This document shows positions 25,419-34,148 of a stretch of 64,000 nt of DNA, in pieces. How positions within the stretch are numbered: the stretch's first letter is position 1; every line of letters begins with the position of its first letter. This stretch comes from an uncultured Eubacteriales bacterium (GTDB lineage Bacteria > Bacillota > Clostridia > Oscillospirales > CAG-272). A program made the translations under genes and the position numbers. Location: positions 22,581 through 86,580 of the forward strand of contig CAKSLQ010000011.1 of the NCBI GenBank assembly GCA_934467415.1. Direction: 5' to 3'. The notes beneath the pieces were generated by a model. It worked only from the letters and a program-made list of their open reading frames with translations, searched no databases and was not told the DNA's origin.

Positions 25419-26798
25419 TTATTTTTTCCCGAGGAAAGCGGCGACATAGTCCCGCTCGGCGGCGAAGGATGCGGGCGAAGTGCCGCCCGCCGAGGTGCGT
25501 TTGGCCACGCAGGTCTCGAGCCTGATGGCGTCATAGAGATCCGCCTCAAAATTCGCGTCGAACTGCTTGTAAACATCGAGCGGGATCGCGTCGAGCACGG
25601 TGTGCTCCCGCACGGCGTAAGCCACGATGCTGCCGACCGTCTTATACGCGGTGCGGAAGGGTTCCCCACGGCCGACGAGGTAGTCCGCAAGGTCGGTCGC
25701 GTTGATGAAGCCGCCCTGCGCCGCCTTGTACATCGCGTCGGCATGCACCTCCATGGTGGCCACCATCGGCGCGAACACGTCGAGGCACATTTTCACGGTG
25801 TCCACGCTGTCGAAGACCGCCTCCTTGTCCTCCTGCATGTCCTTGTTGTAGGCAAGCGGCAGCCCCTTCAGCATGGTGAGCGTGGCAATGAGATTGCCGT
25901 AGACCCGTCCCGTCTTGCCGCGCACCAGCTCCGCCATGTCCGAATTCTTCTTCTGCGGCATGATGCTCGACCCCGTGGTATAGGCGTCCGACAGGGTGAC
26001 AAAGCCGAACTCAAAGCTCGACCAGAGGATAATCTCCTCCGCAAAGCGGGAGAGATGCATCGACAGGATGGCAAACGCGCTCTCCAGCTCCACGACGAAA
26101 TCGCGGTCGGACACGCCGTCGAGGCTGTTGAGCGCAATCGCGTCAAAGCCGAGCGCCGCCGCCGTCATTTCGCGGTCGATGGGGTAGGTCGTCCCCGCCA
26201 GCGCACAGCAGCCGAGCGGCGACACGTTCATGCGGGCGGCGGCGTCCGCGATGCGTCCCGCGTCGCGGATGAGCATCATGGCATAGGCTAAGAGATGATG
26301 CCCGAACGTGACGGGCTGCGCCCTTTGCAGATGCGTGTAGCCCGGCAGGATGGTGTCCCTTTGCGCCTCGGCCACCTCGAGAACCGCCGCAACGAGCGCG
26401 CGCAGCTTCTCGTCGATCTCGCCGCACGCCTGCCGCAGATAGAGCCGCAGGTCGAGCGCGACCTGATCGTTGCGGGAGCGGGCGGTGTGCAGGCGACGGC
26501 CGACGTCGCCGATACGCGCGGTCAGCTCCGCCTCGACAAACATGTGAATATCCTCGGCGTCGGGCGAGATCTCGAGCTTTCCCGCGTCAATATCCTCGAG
26601 GATCGCGCCGAGCGTGTCGATCAGCAGCGTGCTGTCCGCCGCGGTGATGATCCCCTTTGCGCCTAGCATGGCGGCGTGCGCCATCGAGCCTTCGATATCC
26701 TGTTTGTACATCCGCTTGTCCACCGCGATGGAGGAATTGAAGTCGTCCGCCACGCGGTCGAGCGCACCCGCGGTGCGCCCTGCCCACATCTTATTCAT
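25419..26798 (-). CDS. argH: Argininosuccinate lyase
   Basis: 459 aa. Fumarate-lyase signature GSSIMPQKKNSD and a typical ArgH N-terminus, MWAGR. Confidence 0.9.
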   Translation of the reverse strand: MNKMWAGRTAGALDRVADDFNSSIAVDKRMYKQDIEGSMAHAAMLGAKGIITAADSTLLIDTLGAILEDIDAGKLEISPDAEDIHMFVEAELTARIGDVGRRLHTARSRNDQVALDLRLYLRQACGEIDEKLRALVAAVLEVAEAQRDTILPGYTHLQRAQPVTFGHHLLAYAMMLIRDAGRIADAAARMNVSPLGCCALAGTTYPIDREMTAAALGFDAIALNSLDGVSDRDFVVELESAFAILSMHLSRFAEEIILWSSFEFGFVTLSDAYTTGSSIMPQKKNSDMAELVRGKTGRVYGNLIATLTMLKGLPLAYNKDMQEDKEAVFDSVDTVKMCLDVFAPMVATMEVHADAMYKAAQGGFINATDLADYLVGRGEPFRTAYKTVGSIVAYAVREHTVLDAIPLDVYKQFDANFEADLYDAIRLETCVAKRTSAGGTSPASFAAERDYVAAFLGKK

Positions 26799-26819
26799 AC
26801 AGCCTCCGATGTGCCGTTT

Positions 26820-28055
26820 TTATTTTTTCTTCGCGTTCTTGGCCGCGACCTGTGCCTGCACCGAGATCGGCAGGCCGAACAGGTTGATGAACCCGGCGCT
26901 GTCCGCCTGGTTGTAGACGTGATCCTCGCCGAAGGTTGCGATCTCCTCGGAATAGAGCGACCAGTCGCTCCATGCGCCCGCCTTGATCATGTTGCCCTTG
27001 TAGAGCTTGATCTTAACCTTGCCGGTGACGTGCTCCTGCGTCTTGGTGACGAAGGCGGAGAGCGCCTCGCGCAGCGGCGTGTACCACTGCCCGTTGTAGA
27101 CGAGGTCCGCAAAGGTGACGGCCAGCTCCTGCTTCTTGTGCATGGTCATCTTGTCGAGGCAGAGCGTCTCGAGGTAGTTGTGCGCGAAATAGAGGATCGC
27201 GCCGCCGGGTGTCTCGTACACGCCGCGGCACTTCATGCCGACGAGGCGGTTCTCCACGATGTCGAGCAGGCCGATGCCGTTCGAGCCGCCGACCTCGTTG
27301 AGCGCGAGGATGATGTCCTTTGCGCTCATCGGCTTGCCGTCGAGCGCGACCGGCTTGCCCTCGACGAAGTCGAGCGTGATGTAGGTCGGCTTGTCGGGCG
27401 CGTCGATCGGGGAGACGCCCATCTCGAGGAAGCCGGGCTTCTCGTAGAGCGGCTCACTCCCCGCATCCTCGAGGTCAAGCCCCTCGTGCGAGAGGTGCCA
27501 CATGTTCTTATCCTTGGAGTAATTGGTCTCGCGGTTGATCTTCAGCGGGATGTTGTGCGCCTCGGCGTAGTCGATCTCCTCATCGCGGGACTTGATGTCC
27601 CACTCGCGCCAGGGCGCGATGATCGGCATACCGGGTGCAAACGCCTTGATCGCCAGCTCGAAGCGCACCTGATCGTTGCCCTTGCCGGTGCAGCCGTGGC
27701 AGATGGCGTCCGCGCCCTCTTTGAGCGCAATCTCGGCAAGGCGCTTGCCGATGATCGGGCGCGCCAGCGACGTGCCGAGCATGTACTCCTCATACTTTGC
27801 GCCCGCCTGCACCGTCGGGATGACGATGTCGTTGACGAACTCGTCGGTCAGATCCTCAACGTAGAGCTTGGACGCGCCGGTCTTCAGCGCCTTCTCCTCC
27901 AGCCCCTCCAGCTCGTCCGCCTGTCCGACGTTGCCCGAGACCGCGATGATCTCGCAGTTGTTGTAGTTCTCCTTCAGCCACGGAATGATGATGGACGTAT
28001 CCAGACCGCCCGAGTAGGCGAGAACGACCTTTTTGATCTTGCTCTTATCAATCAT
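26820..28055 (-). CDS. argG: Argininosuccinate synthase
   Basis: Trimmed to [21 protein letters not shown] (GGAGGG SD). Confidence 0.9.
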   Translation of the reverse strand: MIDKSKIKKVVLAYSGGLDTSIIIPWLKENYNNCEIIAVSGNVGQADELEGLEEKALKTGASKLYVEDLTDEFVNDIVIPTVQAGAKYEEYMLGTSLARPIIGKRLAEIALKEGADAICHGCTGKGNDQVRFELAIKAFAPGMPIIAPWREWDIKSRDEEIDYAEAHNIPLKINRETNYSKDKNMWHLSHEGLDLEDAGSEPLYEKPGFLEMGVSPIDAPDKPTYITLDFVEGKPVALDGKPMSAKDIILALNEVGGSNGIGLLDIVENRLVGMKCRGVYETPGGAILYFAHNYLETLCLDKMTMHKKQELAVTFADLVYNGQWYTPLREALSAFVTKTQEHVTGKVKIKLYKGNMIKAGAWSDWSLYSEEIATFGEDHVYNQADSAGFINLFGLPISVQAQVAAKNAKKK

Positions 28056-28096
28056 GACTTTGCCCTCCGCATGTCGTGTTTTTGTTTGATGGACAC

Positions 28097-28136
28097 AGTA
28101 TAGCACAGCTTGAATATAAATGCAATACTTTTGCAT
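28097..28136 (-). promoter_or_regulatory. argG promoter with an overlapping ARG-box-like palindrome
   Basis: On the reverse strand: TTGCAT, 17 nt, TGcTATACT. The palindrome ATGCAA-n5-TTGCAT (28120-28136) overlaps the -35. Confidence 0.35.
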
Positions 28137-28207
28137 AAATATTCTTTATTTCAGCGAAACAACCAATAAATCCGTGTGTCGAATCGTTATTTATACGCCG
28201 AGAGAAC

Positions 28208-28236
28208 AAAAAAGCACGGAAAATCCGTGCTTTTTT
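28208..28236. terminator. Bidirectional terminator after tandem gene 1
   Basis: AGCACGGA-aaa-TCCGTGCT flanked by A6 and T6. Confidence 0.7.
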
Positions 28237-28245
28237 CTGCATAAA

Positions 28246-30972
28246 TCATTTGGAGAGCTTCGTAAGGGCAGTGTACACGTCCGCGATGCCGACGTCGCGC
28301 AGCCCGTGGTAATACGGCTGTGCCGCCGCATCGAGGCCGCCGCCTACCGCCGCCTTGCAGAGCAGCAGCGCGTCGGCGAGATCGACCCTGCCGTCCCGGT
28401 TCAGGTCGCCCGCAAGGATGCGGGTGAGCGTGACGCCGTCCGCCGTCTCGACCGTCACGCGGCCGGTGTTGCGGTACGCAGCATAGGTCTGCCCCTCGAC
28501 CTTGCCGGGAGCGGTATAGTCCCGGAAGCTGCCCGAGACCGTCCCGGCCACATGGGCGCTGACGCTGCCGGTGAGGTAATTCTGCCCGGCAAAGCCGTTC
28601 ATGCCGTTGGCCGCAACGGTCGCGCCCTTGCCGATCCGCACCGTCAGATTGCCGCCGTAGGTGGCAAACGGCGATGTGCCGAAGAGCCGGTAGTTGCCGC
28701 CGACGAAGAACATATACCTGCCGCCGTCCAGAATCACGGTCTGGTCGGCGCTGCTGCCCGCGCTCGCGGCGTCGTCGGCCGCGGTCTTGGCAAAGTCGCC
28801 TTCAAAGAGCAGGTTGCCGCAGAGCACATAGAAGTTGCCCGACGTCTTGACCATCTCAGTAAACTCTGCGTTGTTCCAGCCGAGCGCAAGGTAGGCGATG
28901 CCGGTATCGCGCCGCAGCGTCAGGTTGTCAAAGCGCGCGCCCGCGCCGAGGCGGATCATGTCGCCGGTGAGTGCCAGCGCCGCGTCCGTTCCCTCGCCGA
29001 CGAAGGTCAGCGTGCCGCTGCCCAGCGGCGTGACAAACTTGGTGTAGGCCACCGTACCCATGATGTGAATCGTCGCTTCCCCGTCCGGGTCGACAAGGCC
29101 GAAAGCGACGGGCAGCGAGGAGATCGGGTCGGCCGCCGTACCTGCGCCCGCCAGTCTGCCCGCAGCGGAAACGTAGACGTCCGAGCGGTAGAAGTTTTCA
29201 ACCTCGGTCACGCCGCCAAAGATGGCGTTGTAGACCGCGGCGGCGTAGAGCCTGTAGCCGTCCGCATCCGGGTGCAGCTTGTCGCCCGCGAAGAGCGCGT
29301 CGCTCACCGCGTCGGGCAGGAGCAGCGCATAGAGGTCGATGTAGGTGAATTTGCCCGGCACCGCGGCGGCAAGCGCGCGGGTGACGCGCGCCTGAATCGG
29401 TCGGATGACCGAGACCGCACGGATGTCCGCCTCCTTGTTGGAGGTGTAGCGGTAAATGGCCGAGGTGGTGAACACGCGCGCCGTATCCGGCAGCGCGGCA
29501 TAGTCGCGGAGCAGCGCCTCGTATTCGCGCTCGAAATGCGCGCGCTGGCCGATGGTACCGCCCGCAACGAGCGCATCGTTGGTGCCGAGCGCGACCAGCA
29601 CATAGGCGCTGTCCGCCTCGGTGAGCGAGAGTACGCCCGCCAGCGTATCGCGGTGGCGGATCTGATTGTAGGGGAGCACCGTGGAAGCGCCCACGCCGAA
29701 GTTGGAGACGACAAGCTCCCTGCCTTCCTTTTCCGCGGTCTCCAGCACGCGCGCCGTGTAGGCATTGTGCGTCGGATCGGCTGCGCCCGTGCCCTCGGTG
29801 ATGCTGTCGCCGACGAAGGAGATGCGCAGCGGTTCCGTGTAGGTCTGCACCTCGCCGTTGACCACGTCGAAGCGCTTGATTGTAAGACCCGATGCCGCGG
29901 GACAGGTCAGCGTCGCCTTCTTGTCCGTGCCGGGGTAGGCCTTGACCTGCGTGGCGTCCACCACCGTCCCGGCTGCAAAGGCCGCACCCGCGCCGACCGT
30001 CACATCAAAGTTGCCGCGCAGCACCTGCGTATAGCCCGTGGAGGTCTGGAACGCGCTGATCTCGCCGCCCGCAAAGCTGCCGCCCGTGATATTCACCGTG
30101 ATGTCGCCGTCGAGCGCATAGCGGCTGCTGTCGGACGACGCCCAGACGGAGCAGTAACTTGCATAGGCTGCGACCTCGCCGAGCCGCCCCTGCGCGTAGA
30201 TGGGCAGGTTGAAGCTGCCGCCGTTTATCGTGAGGGTCGCGTCATCGCAGAGCAGCGACATGCCGGAGAGGCTGAACGCATTTTCGTCCTTGTTGTTGCT
30301 TGCCGTGTCATAGCCGACCTTGCCGCCGAACGTGCCGCCGTTTACCGTGACGGTGAGCGGTGCGGTGATCGAGCCGACGAGGTTCTGCCGGTCGGCGCGG
30401 CGGTTGCCGCCCGCGAAGGTGGCAAATGTGCCGGCGTTTACCGTGATCGAATAGGGCAGCTCACAGCTGATCACCTTGCCGATGTGCAGATTGCCCGCGT
30501 CCTGCCGCATCTCGCCGGGCATCGTATCCACGCCGCCGAAAAAGTCCAGCGTGCCGTCCGCGCTGAAATGCTCGCCGAACGTGATCGAGTTGAACCCGCC
30601 GAGGATCGCGCGGCGACCGCGCGCCGCGACGGGCAGATCGAGCGTGATCACGCCGTCGTCCGTATTTTTCGCAAACGAAAGATCGCCGTAAAGGATCAGG
30701 CTTCCGCCTTCGGCCGCATAGGTGACGTTCCCCGCCTCGGGCAGAGTCACATCCCCGCGCAAAGCGAGGCTGCCGAGGATGACGATACGGCCGTCGCCGC
30801 CGCCGAGCGCTTCGGCCGCCGCCGTAAGCGAACCGAGCGGGGACGCGGCGCTTGTGCCATCGCCGTCGCCGCCCTCCCGCACATACAAAGTCGTTTCCGC
30901 CGCGGCCGCGCCGCAGACCGTTCCGCACAGAAGTCCCATACAAAGCAAAGCAGAAAGCCAAAACTTACGCAT
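28246..30972 (-). CDS. Secreted multidomain protein 1 of 3: beta-helix-like module, SGNH/GDSL esterase, second beta-helix-like module, dockerin-like tail
   Basis: Trimmed to MRKFWLSALLCMGLLCGTVCGAAAA (GGAGGA SD; a promoter at 31003-31031 excludes the 31026 start). SGNH blocks: FVGDSITEG, FGVGAST, LGTNDA, DKLHPDADGY. C-terminus: GDLNRDGRVDLADALLL. Confidence 0.75.
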   Translation of the reverse strand: MRKFWLSALLCMGLLCGTVCGAAAAETTLYVREGGDGDGTSAASPLGSLTAAAEALGGGDGRIVILGSLALRGDVTLPEAGNVTYAAEGGSLILYGDLSFAKNTDDGVITLDLPVAARGRRAILGGFNSITFGEHFSADGTLDFFGGVDTMPGEMRQDAGNLHIGKVISCELPYSITVNAGTFATFAGGNRRADRQNLVGSITAPLTVTVNGGTFGGKVGYDTASNNKDENAFSLSGMSLLCDDATLTINGGSFNLPIYAQGRLGEVAAYASYCSVWASSDSSRYALDGDITVNITGGSFAGGEISAFQTSTGYTQVLRGNFDVTVGAGAAFAAGTVVDATQVKAYPGTDKKATLTCPAASGLTIKRFDVVNGEVQTYTEPLRISFVGDSITEGTGAADPTHNAYTARVLETAEKEGRELVVSNFGVGASTVLPYNQIRHRDTLAGVLSLTEADSAYVLVALGTNDALVAGGTIGQRAHFEREYEALLRDYAALPDTARVFTTSAIYRYTSNKEADIRAVSVIRPIQARVTRALAAAVPGKFTYIDLYALLLPDAVSDALFAGDKLHPDADGYRLYAAAVYNAIFGGVTEVENFYRSDVYVSAAGRLAGAGTAADPISSLPVAFGLVDPDGEATIHIMGTVAYTKFVTPLGSGTLTFVGEGTDAALALTGDMIRLGAGARFDNLTLRRDTGIAYLALGWNNAEFTEMVKTSGNFYVLCGNLLFEGDFAKTAADDAASAGSSADQTVILDGGRYMFFVGGNYRLFGTSPFATYGGNLTVRIGKGATVAANGMNGFAGQNYLTGSVSAHVAGTVSGSFRDYTAPGKVEGQTYAAYRNTGRVTVETADGVTLTRILAGDLNRDGRVDLADALLLCKAAVGGGLDAAAQPYYHGLRDVGIADVYTALTKLSK

Positions 30973-31002
30973 CTGTTTTTCCTCCGAGATGATTTCGATT
31001 TC

Positions 31003-31031
31003 AGTATAGCGTTCTGTACAAAGCAAAGCAA
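31003..31031 (-). promoter_or_regulatory. Own promoter of tandem gene 1
   Basis: On the reverse strand: TTGCTT, 17 nt, TATACT. Confidence 0.45.
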
Positions 31032-31085
31032 GCGCTTTCTCCCATCAATCGGAAAATGTATACAAAGACCTGCTTTTTTCATATC

Positions 31086-31114
31086 AAAAAGGCTGCACCG
31101 AAGTGCAGCCTTTT
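31086..31114. terminator. Terminator after tandem gene 2
   Basis: AAAAGGCTGCAC-cgaa-GTGCAGCCTTTT. Confidence 0.75.
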
Positions 31115-31123
31115 GGTTCGGAT

Positions 31124-33973
31124 TTATGCGATTTTCTTCAGCATCCAGATGATGTCGCGCAGGGTGACCGTGCTTCTGCCGAAGTAATGCGCGCCGTCCG
31201 CCGCGGTGAAGCTGCTGTTCAGCAGCTTGGAGACCGCGATCAGCGCATCGCGTGCATTGAAGACGCCGTCGCCGTCGAAGTCGCCGACAACCCGGCGGGC
31301 AATGCTGCCCGCGCCGATCGTCTCGACCGTGATGCTGCCGGTATTCTTCGTGCAGTCAAAGGTCGTGCCGACAGGTCCTGTAATGGTCGCATAGTCGCAC
31401 AGCGTGCCGGTGATCGGTGCGGCAGTCACCAGCTTGACGGAGCCGGTGAGGTAGTTTGCGCCGCAGGCGCCGCTCTGCCCGTCGGCCGACAGTGCAACCT
31501 GTGCGCCCGCGCCGATGTTGATGGTCAGATTGCCGCCGTAGGTGCAGATCGGCGAAAAGCCTTTCCAGCGCCAGTTGCCGCCGATGATCCAGCGCCAGTT
31601 ACCGCCGTTCACCGTCACCACGGCATCCGCATCGCTGCTGCCTGCCGCGACGGTATCAAAGTTGCGCGTGTCGGGATTGGTCACGCTGTAGACCTCGCTG
31701 CCGCCGTAGACCGCATGGCCCGCAGCAAGCACGCCGACGACCGGCATGGTCACGCTGTCGGTGATCTCGACGTTGTGGTAGTTGCAGACGACGAACATCG
31801 CGCCCGCGCCGGTGTAGTTCAGCTTGAGATTGTCAATGCAGCCGTCCGTGCGGAAGCGGATCATCTTGGCGTTTTTGTCCAGTGCAAGCGTTGCACCGTC
31901 GCCGACGCCGACGAACCTGATGCTCGCAAGATCGTCGGGCGCGGTCAGCCATGTGCTGACGGTCTGTGTGCCGATGACGCGCACCTCGGCGTCCGAGCCG
32001 GGACGCAGGCGCGCGATGGCGACCTCGATATAGCGGATGGGGTCATCCGCCGTGCCTGCGCCGTCGATGCGGCCCGTGTCCGAGACATAGACCGTATCGA
32101 GCGTGCTGAAGCCCTCAACCGCGGTCACGCCGCCGAAAATCGCATTGTAGATGGCGGGGGCATACACATTCCGATAGCCCTCCGCATGGGGATGCAGCAT
32201 GTCGCCGGAGAGCAGCGCGCCCGCCGCGCCCTTGCTGTCCACCTGCATGGCCTCCGCAAAGGTCAGCGCGTAGAGGTCAACAAAGACGTACTTGTCGCTT
32301 GTCTTGGCCAGCGTCTCGGTGGCGCGGCGCTGCATAGCACGGACATTGACTGCGCCGAGCGCCGACTGGCGCTGTGACGGCTTCGTCTTTTCGTTGTCTT
32401 CATATTTTTTAATTGAGCGATAGAGCGCGCTGGTGGTGAACACCTTCTTCGTGGTCGGAAGGTCGCCGTAGCCCTTGATGAAGGCGGTGTACATCTCTTC
32501 AAAGCGCGCATGCTGACCGTCGGTCACCATCGTGTTGTAGGCGTCGTTGGTGCCGAGGCCGATGATGAACCAGTCGGCGTCGCATTCCTCGCGCGTCAGC
32601 CGGAAGTTCAGCATGTCGTTGTACCAGATGTTGTTGGTCGGCATGACGGTGGAGCCGCCGATACCGTAGTTGCCGAGGATCGCCTCGCCGCCGTTCTTTT
32701 CAATCAGCGCAAGGAGCTGCGCCGGATACGACTTGGTCTCAAAATCCCATGCACCGCTGCCCGCGCCCGTGCCCTGCGTGATGCTGTCGCCGATGCAGGC
32801 GATGCGCAGCGGCTCGTCGTAGGTCTGCGCCGCGCCGTTGACCATGTCGAAGCGCTTGGGGGTGATGTTCATCGACGCGGGATAGACAAGCGTCGCCTTC
32901 TGATCCGCACCGGCATACGCCTTGACCTGCGTTGCGTCGATGACCGTGTCCGGCGCAAAGGTCGCGCCGTCCGTGATATGGACATTGAAATTGCCGCGCA
33001 GGACCTGCGTCAGCCCCGCGCCGGTCTGGTAGGCGCTGATCTCAAAGCTCTCAAAAGTACCGCCCGTGATATTCAGCGTGATGTCGCCGTCTATCGCGTA
33101 ATACCTGCGGTCGGACATGGTGAGCGCCGAGCAGCCGCCCATGCGGGAGTTGCCGACGCCGCCGCGGCCGATGACATAGACCGGTGCGCGGAATGTGCCG
33201 CCCGTGATGGTGAGTGTGGCATCGTCGGCGAGGATACCCATGCCGGAGACGCTGAATGCGTTTTCATTCTTGTTCAGCGAGGTCTGCGTAAAGGAGACGG
33301 CGCGCCCGAAGGTACCGCCGTTTATCGTGATTTCGATCGGCGCGGCGATCGAGCCGAGCAGGCAGCTGCCGTTTACGCGGCGGTTGCCGCCCGCAAAGAC
33401 GCCGAAGTTGCCGTTGTCCACCGTGATGGAATAGGGCAGCTCGGTGACGCACTTCGCGTTCAGCGTGCGGTTCTGCGCCGCATAGCTCGTGATATCCGCC
33501 GTGCCCTCCGGCGTGTCCACGCCGCCGAAGAAGTCAACCGCGGTCGCCATCTCGCACTTCGCGGTGAAATGCAGGCTGTTGTAGCCGCCGAAGATGACCC
33601 GCTCGCCACTCGCCGTAATCGGCAGGTCGAGTGTGATCAGGTTGGCATTCGTGTTCTTGGCAAAGGTGAGGTCGGCCGCAAGGTTCAGGCGTCCGTTCCC
33701 CTCCGCCGTAAAGGTCAGATCACCGCTCTGCTCCGGCACGGTGTATGCCGCGGAAAGCGTGACCGGCGAAAGGAAGACGACCGTGCCGCCCTCGCCGCCG
33801 AGCGCGGCAACCGCCGTGCCGAGCGAGCCTGTCGGGGATGCGGCACTTGCGCCGTCGCCCGTCCCGGCCGCCGAGACATAGACGGTGCGCTCCGCCGCCG
33901 CAGCCGTGCAGACAAGCGCAGCCGCCAGGCAGACCAGTGCGCAAAGAAGCAGAATCGATTTCATTTTTCGCAT
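31124..33973 (-). CDS. Secreted multidomain protein 2 of 3 (same architecture as gene 1)
   Basis: Start at the ATG at 33973 (GGAGG 9 nt upstream), giving MRKMKSILLLCALVCLAAALVCTAAAA. SGNH blocks: CIGDSITQG, LGTNDA, DMLHPHAEGY. Tail: GDFDGDGVFNARDALIAV. Confidence 0.75.
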   Translation of the reverse strand: MRKMKSILLLCALVCLAAALVCTAAAAERTVYVSAAGTGDGASAASPTGSLGTAVAALGGEGGTVVFLSPVTLSAAYTVPEQSGDLTFTAEGNGRLNLAADLTFAKNTNANLITLDLPITASGERVIFGGYNSLHFTAKCEMATAVDFFGGVDTPEGTADITSYAAQNRTLNAKCVTELPYSITVDNGNFGVFAGGNRRVNGSCLLGSIAAPIEITINGGTFGRAVSFTQTSLNKNENAFSVSGMGILADDATLTITGGTFRAPVYVIGRGGVGNSRMGGCSALTMSDRRYYAIDGDITLNITGGTFESFEISAYQTGAGLTQVLRGNFNVHITDGATFAPDTVIDATQVKAYAGADQKATLVYPASMNITPKRFDMVNGAAQTYDEPLRIACIGDSITQGTGAGSGAWDFETKSYPAQLLALIEKNGGEAILGNYGIGGSTVMPTNNIWYNDMLNFRLTREECDADWFIIGLGTNDAYNTMVTDGQHARFEEMYTAFIKGYGDLPTTKKVFTTSALYRSIKKYEDNEKTKPSQRQSALGAVNVRAMQRRATETLAKTSDKYVFVDLYALTFAEAMQVDSKGAAGALLSGDMLHPHAEGYRNVYAPAIYNAIFGGVTAVEGFSTLDTVYVSDTGRIDGAGTADDPIRYIEVAIARLRPGSDAEVRVIGTQTVSTWLTAPDDLASIRFVGVGDGATLALDKNAKMIRFRTDGCIDNLKLNYTGAGAMFVVCNYHNVEITDSVTMPVVGVLAAGHAVYGGSEVYSVTNPDTRNFDTVAAGSSDADAVVTVNGGNWRWIIGGNWRWKGFSPICTYGGNLTINIGAGAQVALSADGQSGACGANYLTGSVKLVTAAPITGTLCDYATITGPVGTTFDCTKNTGSITVETIGAGSIARRVVGDFDGDGVFNARDALIAVSKLLNSSFTAADGAHYFGRSTVTLRDIIWMLKKIA

Positions 33974-34006
33974 TTGCAAAGACCTCCGCTTTGATTTCTT
34001 ATCTTT

Positions 34007-34035
34007 AGTTTAACATTTTGCCGCTCCGTCCGCAA
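34007..34035 (-). promoter_or_regulatory. Putative own promoter of tandem gene 2
   Basis: On the reverse strand: TTGCGG, 17 nt, TGtTAAACT. Confidence 0.3.
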
Positions 34036-34100
34036 CAAAAAGCATGTGTAAAAGGCTATTCAAAGCACAGGAAAATGCGGATTTTATACACAAAAACGCC

Positions 34101-34133
34101 AAAACAAAGGAGCCGGTAGCGGCTCCTTTGTTG
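34101..34133. terminator. Terminator after tandem gene 3
   Basis: CAAAGGAGCCG-gtag-CGGCTCCTTTG. Confidence 0.7.
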
Positions 34134-34148
34134 AAACTGTTCAATTTT

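Noticed and set aside
28120-31152. Very long ORFs on the strand opposite to well-supported genes. Examples: 28120..31152 (+, 1010 aa), 7753..9984 (+), 31103..32377 (+), 32510..33994 (+), 42248..44080 (+), 48082..50232 (+), 59631..61598 (-) and 54969..56297 (+).
   Set aside because: They are mirror frames of genes with clear family motifs. They are extremely rich in Arg/Ala/Gly/Asp/His, lack SD-preceded starts, and match no motif I recognise. This is the typical open antisense frame of high-GC DNA.
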